Source: an uncultured Pseudomonadota bacterium (GTDB lineage Bacteria > Pseudomonadota > Alphaproteobacteria > Rs-D84). From it: DNA of 64,000 nt. Shown piece by piece: positions 18,751 to 31,026 of the stretch; positions within the stretch are counted from its first letter, which is position 1, and every line of letters begins with the position of its first letter. Both the position numbers and the translations under genes were made by a program. The notes beneath the pieces were generated by a model. The model was given only the letters and a program-made list of their open reading frames with translations. It did not search any database and was not told where the DNA came from. The stretch covers positions 8,447 through 72,446 of the forward strand of contig CAMZIQ010000002.1 of assembly GCA_947307295.1 (NCBI GenBank), given 5' to 3'.

Positions 18751-19416
18751 TTACCAATCTATTGGCTTAAAGCCGTTCTCAATTAAATATTCATTAGCCC
18801 GTGAAAAATGATGATTTCCAAAAAATCCACGATACGCAGAAAGTGGCGAAGGATGTGCACTTTTTAAAATCAAATTTTCGTTTTGATTAACAAATTCTGC
18901 TTTCTTTTGTGCAAAAGACCCCCATAACATATAAACAACATGATTGCGGTTTTGTGCCACAGTTCTAATAACGGCATCTGTAAAAGTTTCCCACCCTTTT
19001 CCGGAATGTGAAGCCGCTATGTGTGCGACAACTGTCAAAGTCGAATTAAGCAATAATACACCCTGCTTTGCCCAAGATGTTAAATCACCATTTGTAATAC
19101 TTTTGTGTCCGATATCAGATTCAATTTCTTTGTAAATATTTTGCAGAGACGGAGGCAAATCAACACCGGATTCCACAGAAAAACAAAGCCCATGTGCTTG
19201 ATGCGGTTCATGATAAGGGTCTTGCCCAATAATAACAACGCGCACTTTGTCCAATGGACATAAATTGAACGCATTAAAAATATTTTTAGGTTCTGGATAA
19301 ATAGTTTTTCCAGACAGATATTCATTACGCACAAAATCGGTCAGATTTTTAAAATAATCTTTTTCAAATTCTGCGCTTAATGCGTCTTTCCAAGATTGTT
19401 CAATTTTTACATCCAT
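18751..19416 (-). CDS. ung: Uracil-DNA glycosylase
   Basis: GQDPYH and HPSPLS motifs. Length 221 aa. Confidence 0.92.
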   Translation of the reverse strand: MDVKIEQSWKDALSAEFEKDYFKNLTDFVRNEYLSGKTIYPEPKNIFNAFNLCPLDKVRVVIIGQDPYHEPHQAHGLCFSVESGVDLPPSLQNIYKEIESDIGHKSITNGDLTSWAKQGVLLLNSTLTVVAHIAASHSGKGWETFTDAVIRTVAQNRNHVVYMLWGSFAQKKAEFVNQNENLILKSAHPSPLSAYRGFFGNHHFSRANEYLIENGFKPIDW

Positions 19417-20074
19417 TTTTTAAATCCTTTACCAATCCATTTTGTAAACTTTTCCACAATACAACATCAATATATCCACGTGGCAACCCAGTTTCTGATT
19501 CCAAATGTTCAAACATATCATCGCAACATTTTTTTACTTTTTTATCCAAATTTCCATTATTTATTTTTTTTGCTAAATCAGGATTTCCGCCGTATAGAAC
19601 ACCAAGACGTTGAATCCAAATATCATATTTAACAACATTTTCACCCAAATTTCTTGCCAAATGATTAGCCGTAATTTTTCCGATATGTGGCAATTTTTGA
19701 AGATAAATTAATTTTTCATCTAATGTTTTACACATATAAAACCCATCACAAAAATCTTGTCTGTTTTGCCAAACTTTCATAATTGCAGATATTTTATTTT
19801 TGTTATTAAAAATTTTTAATAAATCTTCTATACATGGGTTTTCTGGCATTTTTTTCATTATTATACCATGAATACGCTTTGCTGTTTTTTGTGAAAAACC
19901 ACCAGCCAAAATAACATAAGCCACCGTTGAAGCAAATTCAATCGGGGTCAATTTTTTTGGCACGGATAAATTTTCTTTTATTTCATCAAAAGATTTCTCA
20001 TCGCTATCCAACCCCATTTCACGCAAAACGGTTTCAAGATTATTAAACCAAACTTTTGAAAAAATATTATTCAT
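19400..20074 (-). CDS. Helix-hairpin-helix (HhH-GPD-like) DNA glycosylase family protein
   Basis: HhH element LPHIGKITANHLARNLG. Overlaps the ung start by 17 nt. The family call is tentative. Start chosen at MNNIFSK. Confidence 0.4.
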   Translation of the reverse strand: MNNIFSKVWFNNLETVLREMGLDSDEKSFDEIKENLSVPKKLTPIEFASTVAYVILAGGFSQKTAKRIHGIIMKKMPENPCIEDLLKIFNNKNKISAIMKVWQNRQDFCDGFYMCKTLDEKLIYLQKLPHIGKITANHLARNLGENVVKYDIWIQRLGVLYGGNPDLAKKINNGNLDKKVKKCCDDMFEHLESETGLPRGYIDVVLWKSLQNGLVKDLKNGCKN

Positions 20075-20336
20075 TTGTTTTTTTAAAATTTGTGATTGCC
20101 GTATAAACAACACTATTATCAGAAGAATTATCAGCAGATATCATTTGTTGTTTTATTTTTTCTTTGGCCTTATTCAAAGCCTGCACAGATTGTTGTAATT
20201 CATTAAATCTGGCGATTTTATCAGGGTTAATTGTCGAATAATGTTGATTTGATAATTCTTTTCTAAGCCGATAAAACTCTTGCAACAAAACATTGTTGTG
20301 AAATTCATTTGATTTATCAACAACATTATCCGACAT
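20067..20336 (-). CDS. Hypothetical protein (89 aa, coiled-coil-like)
   Basis: ORF in a co-directional string downstream of gyrB. No motif recognised. Confidence 0.4.
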   Translation of the reverse strand: MSDNVVDKSNEFHNNVLLQEFYRLRKELSNQHYSTINPDKIARFNELQQSVQALNKAKEKIKQQMISADNSSDNSVVYTAITNFKKTNE

Positions 20337-20364
20337 GGCTTCCTTTGTTTTAAATTAAAACTTA

Positions 20365-20715
20365 TTATTCTCGTCCCCCATTATAAAAAACATCTTTGAC
20401 TAATTCTTGTTTTACAATAATCGGTGAACCGGATAATTTTTGAAAAATACTTTTCATATCACCAATCGCACCATCTTGAACAAATTTATTATATGGATGT
20501 TCTTCTATGCCATACAAGCATATCTTTAATTTGGTCAAATCTTCCACAGAAATCGAAATCATATTATTGTTATGATACATTTCAAAAGCCGCTTTTAATG
20601 TGATAAATTCTCTCTCAGGCCATTCTTTTTCGTTTTTTCTGCCATAATAAGCATTGACATATTCTGTCAACAACCTATTTAAATCTGCCCAAGCTTTTGT
20701 TTCTTGTTCTGTCAT
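20365..20715 (-). CDS. Hypothetical protein (116 aa)
   Basis: ORF 17 nt downstream of gyrB in the same orientation. No motif recognised. Confidence 0.45.
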   Translation of the reverse strand: MTEQETKAWADLNRLLTEYVNAYYGRKNEKEWPEREFITLKAAFEMYHNNNMISISVEDLTKLKICLYGIEEHPYNKFVQDGAIGDMKSIFQKLSGSPIIVKQELVKDVFYNGGRE

Positions 20716-20732
20716 ATAACACCCCTATTTGA

Positions 20733-23132
<2,400 letters not shown>

Positions 23133-23206
23133 TTAAAAATCCTTTCTTTTTGCTGTTCAAACCATAGCAATTTATGTTATAATTATCAAGAAAAAAGGAA
23201 AACAAT

Positions 23207-23449
23207 ATGGAAATTATAAAATTTAACAAACAAGACTTTTTAACCCCATATCAATTGGCCCTGAAACTAGGTGAAAACAAAGATAATATCAAAAAAAGTA
23301 TGCGTACTTTGTTTGTTCGTGGTGTAAAAATTATGGCTAATAATCACAAAGCGCCATTAATAACCAGAAACGGCAACACTTACAGGATGCATCCTTTGGG
23401 GTTTGAAACATTTATGGAATTTTTTAATAAACAAAAGGTGAAAGCATGA
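23207..23449 (+). CDS. Hypothetical small protein (80 aa; possible wHTH, phage-like)
   Basis: Its stop overlaps the next ORF's start as ATGA. No firm motif recognised. Confidence 0.45.
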   Translation: MEIIKFNKQDFLTPYQLALKLGENKDNIKKSMRTLFVRGVKIMANNHKAPLITRNGNTYRMHPLGFETFMEFFNKQKVKA

Positions 23450-24015
23450 AATTTAAATTATTGTATTATGGTGATATATTAACCAACCCGAAAAAACGGG
23501 CCCAGCATATCGCGGATATCCGCATGCAGTTTCATCCACAATTAAAAAAATTGGTGACATTAAAGCCTTGGGATAACCTGACAAGATATATGATGCCAGA
23601 TGCCAAAAAAAGCCCTATTGTCACACGTCATATCGGCGGTATAGATTGGAATCCGATTATATCGCCAAATCTAAAAATGATTGCGGAATTGGATATTTTG
23701 CTAATGCACCCAGAAATTGTTGGTGTTCCACGTTCAGACATTGATAATCGTGTTAAAACTATACTTGATGGCTTACGTTGCCCACAAAACGAACACGAAA
23801 TCGGACAAAATACACCTAATAATATCGGACCAATTTATACATTATTAGATGATGACCATTTGGTGACAAAATTAACTGTGAATACCAGCCATTTACTGTC
23901 ACCAGAAATGTTTCCAACAACGATTGAAAAAACACCAGACTCGGTATTTATGTTAATAGACGTAAACGTCCGCGTGACCGAAGGAACTCTGGAAAACTTA
24001 CCATTTATGGCATAA
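23446..24015 (+). CDS. RusA-like endodeoxyribonuclease-motif protein (189 aa)
   Basis: PRSDIDNRVKTILDGLR ... LLDDDHLVTKLTV matches the RusA signature pattern D-[LI]-D-N-x2-K-x3-D-x-L ... DD-x2-V. The protein is longer than canonical RusA. Confidence 0.45.
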   Translation: MKFKLLYYGDILTNPKKRAQHIADIRMQFHPQLKKLVTLKPWDNLTRYMMPDAKKSPIVTRHIGGIDWNPIISPNLKMIAELDILLMHPEIVGVPRSDIDNRVKTILDGLRCPQNEHEIGQNTPNNIGPIYTLLDDDHLVTKLTVNTSHLLSPEMFPTTIEKTPDSVFMLIDVNVRVTEGTLENLPFMA

Positions 24016-24021
24016 GATTTG

Positions 24022-24049
24022 GTTAGTATTGCCTCTTGGCAATACTAAC
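24022..24049. terminator. Bidirectional terminator
   Basis: Perfect 12-bp stem GTTAGTATTGCC-TCTT-GGCAATACTAAC followed by a T-run. Confidence 0.8.
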
Positions 24050-24059
24050 TATATTTTTT

Positions 24060-25130
24060 TTACATCAATACCGAAGTAATTTGTTCCTGCATTTGGAAAG
24101 TCCCCATAACAACCCAACCGATTATTATAGACACTAATATAATACCAACGCTATTTAAAACGCTGGATATATTTTCCATTTTTCTAACTGATTCTTCCAT
24201 ATAATCATTAGCAATCTGATTAAGATTTTTTCCAAAATCATTCATATCAGAATATATTATCAAATCCCCGATAATTTCTTCGTTTGGAAAATCTTTTCCA
24301 GTAGCCGCCAGCGCATTACCTAAATTTTCACCATTTGCTATGTGATGCAAAGTATCTTCCAAAATATCAGACAAATAACGATTTGAATAATCTGATAACA
24401 AACGCATAGCATCTGGCACAGACACACCTGCTTCGACCATAGCAGCCAATGACATTAACCACCCCACAGACATTCTTAATTTATAAGTGTTCCAAGGTGG
24501 CAATTTATCAAATAATGTTCTAAGTCTTCCTGTCCATATCGGCAAAGACACCCAAATTAAAATAAAAAGCGCTATAAATCCACCAGCCAACACATGCCAA
24601 TATTTTCCAGCCAGTTCTGATACCCATATCAAAGACGCTGCAGTTCCACGCCATACAACCGCCGAACCAGCCGCTTCTGCCAAAGGCGGAACCAAATACA
24701 ATCCGACCATTATTATAATAGCAACCGTCAAGACAAACAAAAACAACGGATAAGCTATTGCAGACCACATCGCACGCTTAATACGATTTATACCATTAAC
24801 TACGCTTCCTATATTTTCCAAAGACACTAATAAACTGGATACATTTCCAGATGTTAATAATAATGTTTCATCACGTGGAACCCAATCGTATGTAGCCTGA
24901 GCAAAAGTCATACCGCGTTCCAAATTTTGCTGAATATCTCGCATTGCAATTGCAAAAGGCTCATTAGGTTTACGCCCATTATGAGATTCTATCATCTCTA
25001 TTCTGTGCAAAGCATCCATTAATGTAAAGTTATTACGCAAAAGCGATGCCACTTTGCGAGAAATAGCCATTCGCTTTTCAGTATCTGTTTTAAAAACTAA
25101 TTTTGCATAAAGCAAATCTAATTTACTCAT
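24060..25130 (-). CDS. GspF/PilC-family platform protein (R64 PilR / BfpE / TcpE class)
   Basis: 356 aa polytopic protein with three hydrophobic segments, lying immediately downstream of the GspE-type ATPase. Confidence 0.6.
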   Translation of the reverse strand: MSKLDLLYAKLVFKTDTEKRMAISRKVASLLRNNFTLMDALHRIEMIESHNGRKPNEPFAIAMRDIQQNLERGMTFAQATYDWVPRDETLLLTSGNVSSLLVSLENIGSVVNGINRIKRAMWSAIAYPLFLFVLTVAIIIMVGLYLVPPLAEAAGSAVVWRGTAASLIWVSELAGKYWHVLAGGFIALFILIWVSLPIWTGRLRTLFDKLPPWNTYKLRMSVGWLMSLAAMVEAGVSVPDAMRLLSDYSNRYLSDILEDTLHHIANGENLGNALAATGKDFPNEEIIGDLIIYSDMNDFGKNLNQIANDYMEESVRKMENISSVLNSVGIILVSIIIGWVVMGTFQMQEQITSVLM

Positions 25131-25133
25131 ATC

Positions 25134-26759
25134 TTAATACACCCATGGTCTATCTAACATTCCAACCCAACGTTCTAATTCATCAACACCGATAATTCCA
25201 CTTAACATCAATTCCATCGCAGCTTCTTTTAATGTGCGTCCATTCATTTTTTCCAGCCAATATCTCAAAGCATTTTCTGTTTCCCCAGCCAGCGCCAAAT
25301 TTAAAAATTCGCTGTTTGTCATAATTATTTCGCCAGCTTTTACACGACCAATTGTTCCAGTCCCATTACAATGTTCACAACCGACACCTCGAACATATAC
25401 TTGATTTAAACCTAAATCACCAAAGGCATCTTTGACACGATTATATGCATCGTTTTCATGCTTTTCAGATAATCTCTCTCGACAATAAGGACAAAGCTTT
25501 TTAAACAAACGCATAGACACTAAACCACGTATCATTGTTTCGTCTTTTAATTTAAAAGCTTCAACCCCCATATCTAATAACCTCATCAAAGCACCCATCG
25601 CAGAATTCGCATGCAACGTTGTCCAAACATTATGTCCTGACAAAGCGCCCTTGACAGTCAATTGAGCCGCAGACAAAGTTCTGATTTCACCAACCATTAA
25701 TGTATCAGGGTCACTTCTAAGCGCAGCTGCCAAAGCTTCTGTAAACTTTTCTTCCCTTTGTTCTTCGTTAATAGCATTCACAACAGGCATTTGATGCGCA
25801 CCAAAAACTTTCTGTTCTGCTGGATCTTCTACTGTTATAAGATTTATTTCATATCGTCTTTCTTTTAACATTAACGCCATATTACGAACCAAAGTTGTTG
25901 ATTTACCAGAAGATGTTGGTCCAGCAATTATGACCAAACCTGTCGGAGCAGAACGCAAACGCTTTAATAGTTTTCGTTCATATTCATTAAATTCTTGTTC
26001 TAACTTAATACCTTCGCTTGGGTTATCATAAAGAAGACGCATAACGACATATTGCGAACCAAAAGCAATCGGATTAAATTGCATTCTGATACCCAATACA
26101 CCAGCAGGTAAATATAAATCTTTGGTTCCACGTAAAGGCGTACGCCCATCTTTTTGTGCAGTCTGATATTCATTTTGCGCATAACTGGAATTAGAAATAT
26201 CAGCCGATGCAAATGCCGCCCTTACAAAAGATTCACCCCATTGAGAATTATATTCTAAAACTGGTTGAATACTTCCATCTATACGGAAATATATAGTTGT
26301 TTGGTCTGCAACTTCTATATGAATATCTGAAACCTTTTGCACAGCAGCACGCGCAATTATATCAACAAAATCTTTCTGCATTTGGTTGTCATAATCCGTA
26401 TGCGAACGAACACCGCTGCCCAATCTTTCATCATTAGTTTTATAAATATTAGAAAGTAAACCTAAATCAGAATAAAAAGGTTCTTTGACAACACGATTTT
26501 TTTGCTTTAATAAATCAATAAAAGCCAGTACACGACCATCATATTTATGTGTACGAGATATAATAATTTCACCACCAGAAAAATATGCGACTAAATTCTG
26601 AGTATCTTTTGGTAAAGCTAATTCATCTGCATACGATGTCAACAGCCGGTTATTATTAGCAAACAAATAATCTAATATTTCTTTAGAGTTTGCATTTTCC
26701 AAACCGGCTGGAACAGACAATTCTTCAACAGTTGCAAAATTATTATCTGTTTTTCGCAT
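25134..26759 (-). CDS. GspE/PilB-family secretion/pilus assembly ATPase (R64 PilQ class)
   Basis: Walker A GPTSSGKST, His box GHNVWTTLHANSAMG, and tetracysteine motif CPYC...CEHCNGTG. Confidence 0.9.
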   Translation of the reverse strand: MRKTDNNFATVEELSVPAGLENANSKEILDYLFANNNRLLTSYADELALPKDTQNLVAYFSGGEIIISRTHKYDGRVLAFIDLLKQKNRVVKEPFYSDLGLLSNIYKTNDERLGSGVRSHTDYDNQMQKDFVDIIARAAVQKVSDIHIEVADQTTIYFRIDGSIQPVLEYNSQWGESFVRAAFASADISNSSYAQNEYQTAQKDGRTPLRGTKDLYLPAGVLGIRMQFNPIAFGSQYVVMRLLYDNPSEGIKLEQEFNEYERKLLKRLRSAPTGLVIIAGPTSSGKSTTLVRNMALMLKERRYEINLITVEDPAEQKVFGAHQMPVVNAINEEQREEKFTEALAAALRSDPDTLMVGEIRTLSAAQLTVKGALSGHNVWTTLHANSAMGALMRLLDMGVEAFKLKDETMIRGLVSMRLFKKLCPYCRERLSEKHENDAYNRVKDAFGDLGLNQVYVRGVGCEHCNGTGTIGRVKAGEIIMTNSEFLNLALAGETENALRYWLEKMNGRTLKEAAMELMLSGIIGVDELERWVGMLDRPWVY

Positions 26760-26762
26760 ATC

Positions 26763-27503
26763 CTATTTTCCGATATTTAAACTTTCTTCTATACCATCTT
26801 TTTCAAAAACGATTCCGTCATTCAAAGAAATAGCTTTGACAATATAACCGTCCAAATCTTTACCAACTGCGATACGTTTATTTTGACCAGTAGACAAATC
26901 TTCAACAGTTGCTTGTAATTGATTATCAACACCTATGACATTTATTAATCTGTATTTTTTACTAACACTACCCATTTCTTTTTTTGGTTGTGGTTCTACA
27001 ATTTGACGTTCTGGTTCAGATTCATAATAATCAATCGCATTTTTTTGCTGTTTTAATTTTTCTGCTTGAATTTCCAGCTGAGTTTTTGCAGCTTCTAATT
27101 CATATTGTTGTTTATCAGCACGACCAGATAATGTATCCAATTCCATCTGTAATTTGATTCTTTCGGCATTTAATCTATCAAGTTCCAAATCCAGTTGTGC
27201 GCGTTCTTTTTCCAGTTGCATAACAACTTTTTCTTGTTCCAGCATTGTTATTTTTTCAAACAAAGAACCACTTGCATCATAATCTTGCAAAGCTTGCACA
27301 GATACTTGTTCTGCCAATTCTGTTTCGTCTTGATTCAAAGATTGCTTATCCACCGCTACAGGCAAATCTTCTTCGATAAAATCATCGCCTTCAAATTCTA
27401 CATCTTCATAATCATCTAAAAAATCATCTTCTGCATAGCCAGCGACATTGAATCCTAATACAAAAACACCAGCAAAAAGTATAAGATTTAATTTTTTTAA
27501 CAT
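26763..27503 (-). CDS. Secreted coiled-coil protein with a PilP-like C-terminal beta domain
   Basis: Start at MLKKLNLILFAGVFVLGFNVAGYA (signal peptide), then an acidic region, a long coiled coil, and C-terminal YRLINVIG...RIAVGKDLDGYIVKAISLNDGIVFEKDG. Confidence 0.4.
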   Translation of the reverse strand: MLKKLNLILFAGVFVLGFNVAGYAEDDFLDDYEDVEFEGDDFIEEDLPVAVDKQSLNQDETELAEQVSVQALQDYDASGSLFEKITMLEQEKVVMQLEKERAQLDLELDRLNAERIKLQMELDTLSGRADKQQYELEAAKTQLEIQAEKLKQQKNAIDYYESEPERQIVEPQPKKEMGSVSKKYRLINVIGVDNQLQATVEDLSTGQNKRIAVGKDLDGYIVKAISLNDGIVFEKDGIEESLNIGK

Positions 27504-27517
27504 GTTTCCCACCTTTT

Positions 27518-28768
27518 TTATTTTGAATAAATGATTACTTCGTAATTCCACATCCTTGTATTCGCACGCCACGTCACAGATGTCATATATACACCACCAA
27601 AACCATCAAAAGCGTGCATAAATTCTGACGGTATTAATTTAGAAGAAACACCTATTTCCGTGACATATATGTTTTCTGTCTTATCACCGTTCAAAACCTT
27701 GTCAATAACACCACGAATTTCAGCCTTGGCATTTACTTGTTGAAATATTGTAGTTATATCACGCATCACAGTATTTTGATCACGTTCATCCAAAGACGAA
27801 TATGTTTTTAACTTTGGTAATTTTACACGAACAAGCATTTGATCTTCTGACAATTGTTGAACAAACGCACCAGGCATCAATTCAGCACCAAATTCATAAA
27901 AATCATTCAATGTTCCAAAATCACGAGAAAAAGTCGCCGACACATATTCTTCATCGCATTTTGCATAGGTCTGGTTCCATCCCACAACAGGTTGCATAAC
28001 AAACGCAATAGCTTTATAACACAAATCTGCACGTTCCATAACATTCGGTAAATGATTATAGGCATAATCAATCGACTTTTGTTCAACAGTCGCAGGTAAA
28101 ATCTTATCAGTCAACTTTTGAGTTTTTAATTCTATTTGTCTTTTGTATTCCGCAATTTTTTCAGCATTTATTTTTGGTAATTTGCCATTTTTATCTGGCA
28201 CTTTATTACTTAAAACATAAAAACCAAATATTACAAACAATATTATCATTATAATAGATGGTATTAACGATTTAGCAGTACTTATTTGACGCAATTTAAT
28301 ACTTGCACCACGCCCCATTAAATCAGACAAATTTTTTTCCTGAGATTTTGGGATTCCCCATGATACCGGCGCAAACAAAGCCCCCCAATCTGGGATTTCT
28401 GCCAATTGTGTATATAATCTTCTGGCGCTTTCAGCATCAGTTAACAAAATATCTCTAATAATGACGCCATTACGCACAGCAACCAAGTAATAATCTTTGT
28501 CTGCTTGAAAAACACCCAAGAAAGAAACCAAATCTGATAAAGCGCTTACTATTTCCACAGCCGCACTTGCCATACCAGCAGAAGCACCTTCGTTAGTATC
28601 AGTCAGCCCAACCATAGATTTATAACCAATGTATAAACTATATTTTCTATCACTATTTTTCGCCAACTGTTTTGCATAATTTTGCGCAGTATTCCCAACA
28701 CCCAAGGGCTGCCAAAACAGACCTGTTGCGAACTTTTTACGATTAACGGTTATAACTTGTTTTATCAA
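27518..28768 (-). CDS. Type IVb pilus accessory protein, PilO (R64/PAPI-1 PilO2)-like
   Basis: 416 aa. The N-terminus KKFATGLFWQPL resembles my recollection of PilO2 N-termini. It has one central TM and is the first gene of the ATPase operon. Confidence 0.45.
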   Translation of the reverse strand: MIKQVITVNRKKFATGLFWQPLGVGNTAQNYAKQLAKNSDRKYSLYIGYKSMVGLTDTNEGASAGMASAAVEIVSALSDLVSFLGVFQADKDYYLVAVRNGVIIRDILLTDAESARRLYTQLAEIPDWGALFAPVSWGIPKSQEKNLSDLMGRGASIKLRQISTAKSLIPSIIMIILFVIFGFYVLSNKVPDKNGKLPKINAEKIAEYKRQIELKTQKLTDKILPATVEQKSIDYAYNHLPNVMERADLCYKAIAFVMQPVVGWNQTYAKCDEEYVSATFSRDFGTLNDFYEFGAELMPGAFVQQLSEDQMLVRVKLPKLKTYSSLDERDQNTVMRDITTIFQQVNAKAEIRGVIDKVLNGDKTENIYVTEIGVSSKLIPSEFMHAFDGFGGVYMTSVTWRANTRMWNYEVIIYSK

Positions 28769-28836
28769 CTCTCTCCCTTTCTAAGCGCATTATAACACAA
28801 ATAAATAAAAAAAATAAAGCCCTAATTTGTTATGAA

Positions 28837-28860
28837 AAAAGTCGTATTTCTACGACTTTT
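28837..28860 (-). terminator. Terminator after the lipoprotein gene
   Basis: Hairpin AAAAGTCGTA-N4-TACGACTTTT. It separates the lipoprotein gene from the pilO-like operon. Confidence 0.7.
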
Positions 28861-28862
28861 TA

Positions 28863-29177
28863 TTATTTATTACAATTATATACTTTTACTTTGAATTTAT
28901 ATTTATGTTTTGGTCCAAATACAGCCCCAGCATTATCTGTTATATTTTCATCAGATATATAATAAGAATCACCTACATTTTTTTGTTCCAGAATACTTTT
29001 TTCAACATAATCGTATGCATCAGAAACTTTATATGTTGTCACACTTGAATCTAAATTATATAAAAATTCACAATTTTGTGGTTCTGATTCTAATCTATTT
29101 AAACCATTTCCTGCGTTTGTCGTTGTTGCACAAGCACATAAAGCAACCAAAGATACCAAAGCTATACTTTTTTTCAT
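28863..29177 (-). CDS. Hypothetical lipoprotein (104 aa)
   Basis: Signal peptide with lipobox (LVALCA-C). Confidence 0.55.
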   Translation of the reverse strand: MKKSIALVSLVALCACATTTNAGNGLNRLESEPQNCEFLYNLDSSVTTYKVSDAYDYVEKSILEQKNVGDSYYISDENITDNAGAVFGPKHKYKFKVKVYNCNK

Positions 29178-29195
29178 TTTTTTCTCCTTTGTTTA

Positions 29196-30125
29196 TTAAA
29201 CAATTTCATAATTAGATTTATCACTAAATAATTTTCGTAAAACCAAATTATTTAAAGCATGTGAACCTTTATAAGATTCCAAATGTCCATATACAAAACC
29301 GCCACTTGTGAACATATCACCAACAGCATCTATAATTTTATGACGAACAAATTCATCAGGATAATATAATTTGTTCAAAGTCCCATCACCAGAATCATTC
29401 AAAGCAATCACATTATTTTCATTTGCACCGCGTCCCATTCCATGAGCTTTTAACCATTCCCATTCAGAATATTTACCAAAAGTTCGCGATTTAGATATAT
29501 TCTTTACAAAATTATCAACTGATTTTTTTGAACCGTCTAATTTACAAGAAAAAGATTGTGTCCCAATAATTTTATCTTTGTAAACCAAAGTAGCATCTAT
29601 AACCAAGCCATCATTATTTGGCGATAATTTCACATAACCATTTCCACGACGCCAAATTGTATGATTTAAGATAGTCATTTTAATACGTTTCCACCAAGGC
29701 ATATATTTTGCCAATTCATTACGTCGTGCGATAACTGTTTTTTTAACTATGATTTTTTTCATAGTTTTTTTCTTATCCGCAACTTTTTCAAAAGCCTTGT
29801 AAAATTCATATGCGCTGCCATCCAGAATAGGTGTTTCAGAACCATTTATTTCTATAACAGCACTATCAATACCAACCAAAAAAAGTGCTGCCATTAAATG
29901 TTCAATAGTTTGAACATGTGCACCATTTTTACCCCCCACAGTAGTATTTCGTAATAAAGTTTCACCGACATTATCAAAGCGTGCTGGTATCAATTCAGAA
30001 CCATTAATATCTGTTCTTTTGAAAAAAATCCCATATTTTTTAGATGGCAAAACAGTCATATCCACAGGTAATCCAGAATGAATTCCAACCCCTGATAATT
30101 TAACTTTTTTTACAAGTGTGCTCAT
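29196..30125 (-). CDS. lpxC: UDP-3-O-acyl-N-acetylglucosamine deacetylase
   Basis: N-terminus VKLSGVGIHSG and EFVRHKIIDAVGDM motif. Length 309 aa. Confidence 0.9.
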   Translation of the reverse strand: MSTLVKKVKLSGVGIHSGLPVDMTVLPSKKYGIFFKRTDINGSELIPARFDNVGETLLRNTTVGGKNGAHVQTIEHLMAALFLVGIDSAVIEINGSETPILDGSAYEFYKAFEKVADKKKTMKKIIVKKTVIARRNELAKYMPWWKRIKMTILNHTIWRRGNGYVKLSPNNDGLVIDATLVYKDKIIGTQSFSCKLDGSKKSVDNFVKNISKSRTFGKYSEWEWLKAHGMGRGANENNVIALNDSGDGTLNKLYYPDEFVRHKIIDAVGDMFTSGGFVYGHLESYKGSHALNNLVLRKLFSDKSNYEIV

Positions 30126-31026
30126 TAACCTTCCTTTTTATCCAATCATAAAACTTTTTTTCAATTTCTATATCCAGCGCAGAAAATTTTACTTGTTTCT
30201 TAGCCCATTCTGGCAAACGCACCCAATCTTTTTCCGTAGTTAATAATTTTGCATTTTTCTTATCAGCTTTTTTTATTAAATTTTTAATATCATCATCTGT
30301 GTATTGATAATGATCAGAAAAAGATATTTGTTCTATAATCTTGCACGGAATATTATCAAAAAACTTTTTAGGATATCCAATCCCAGCAAAAGCAATTACT
30401 GATGTTTTTTTATCATATGGACAAATTTCACGATTATGCGCGATAAACACAGGGATATCAGTCGGCAACGCAAAATTACGTGCAACATTTTTTCTTTTTA
30501 TAAGTATAATCGCATCTGCACGTCTTATGGCTGATTTCTTTTCACGCAACGGCCCAGCAGGCAACAAAAAACCATTTCCAAAACCAATTGCTTCATCAAA
30601 AACTAAAACTGAAATATCTTTGTGTATAGAAGAATTTTGGAATCCATCATCCATTATAATCGGGCTTTTTGTTTTTTGTTTATTCAATAAAATCAGATTA
30701 CTTTTTCTATTACCGACATGAACCAAAATACCATCTTCAGACAACATTTTCGCTTCGTCACCAACATCACCAGTTTCTTTTGTTTTTTTATATCCACGCA
30801 TAACCACAGGCGAATCAAAAACCTTAGCCACAGTTCGCACAATAGGTGTCTTTCCAACACCACCAGATAAAATATTACCAAAACATATCACAGGTCGTTC
30901 TGATACATATTCACGAGATTTACGCAAACCATATACAAACTTTGAACCAATTAAATAAAACAAAGATAGCGGGCATAATAAATATGCCAAAAATCCACGT
31001 TTTAAAAACCACTTTGGTGTTTTCAT
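30100..31026 (-). CDS. lpxK: Tetraacyldisaccharide 4'-kinase
   Basis: P-loop GNILSGGVGKTP. Length 308 aa. Overlaps both neighbouring genes. Confidence 0.88.
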   Translation of the reverse strand: MKTPKWFLKRGFLAYLLCPLSLFYLIGSKFVYGLRKSREYVSERPVICFGNILSGGVGKTPIVRTVAKVFDSPVVMRGYKKTKETGDVGDEAKMLSEDGILVHVGNRKSNLILLNKQKTKSPIIMDDGFQNSSIHKDISVLVFDEAIGFGNGFLLPAGPLREKKSAIRRADAIILIKRKNVARNFALPTDIPVFIAHNREICPYDKKTSVIAFAGIGYPKKFFDNIPCKIIEQISFSDHYQYTDDDIKNLIKKADKKNAKLLTTEKDWVRLPEWAKKQVKFSALDIEIEKKFYDWIKRKVNEHTCKKS

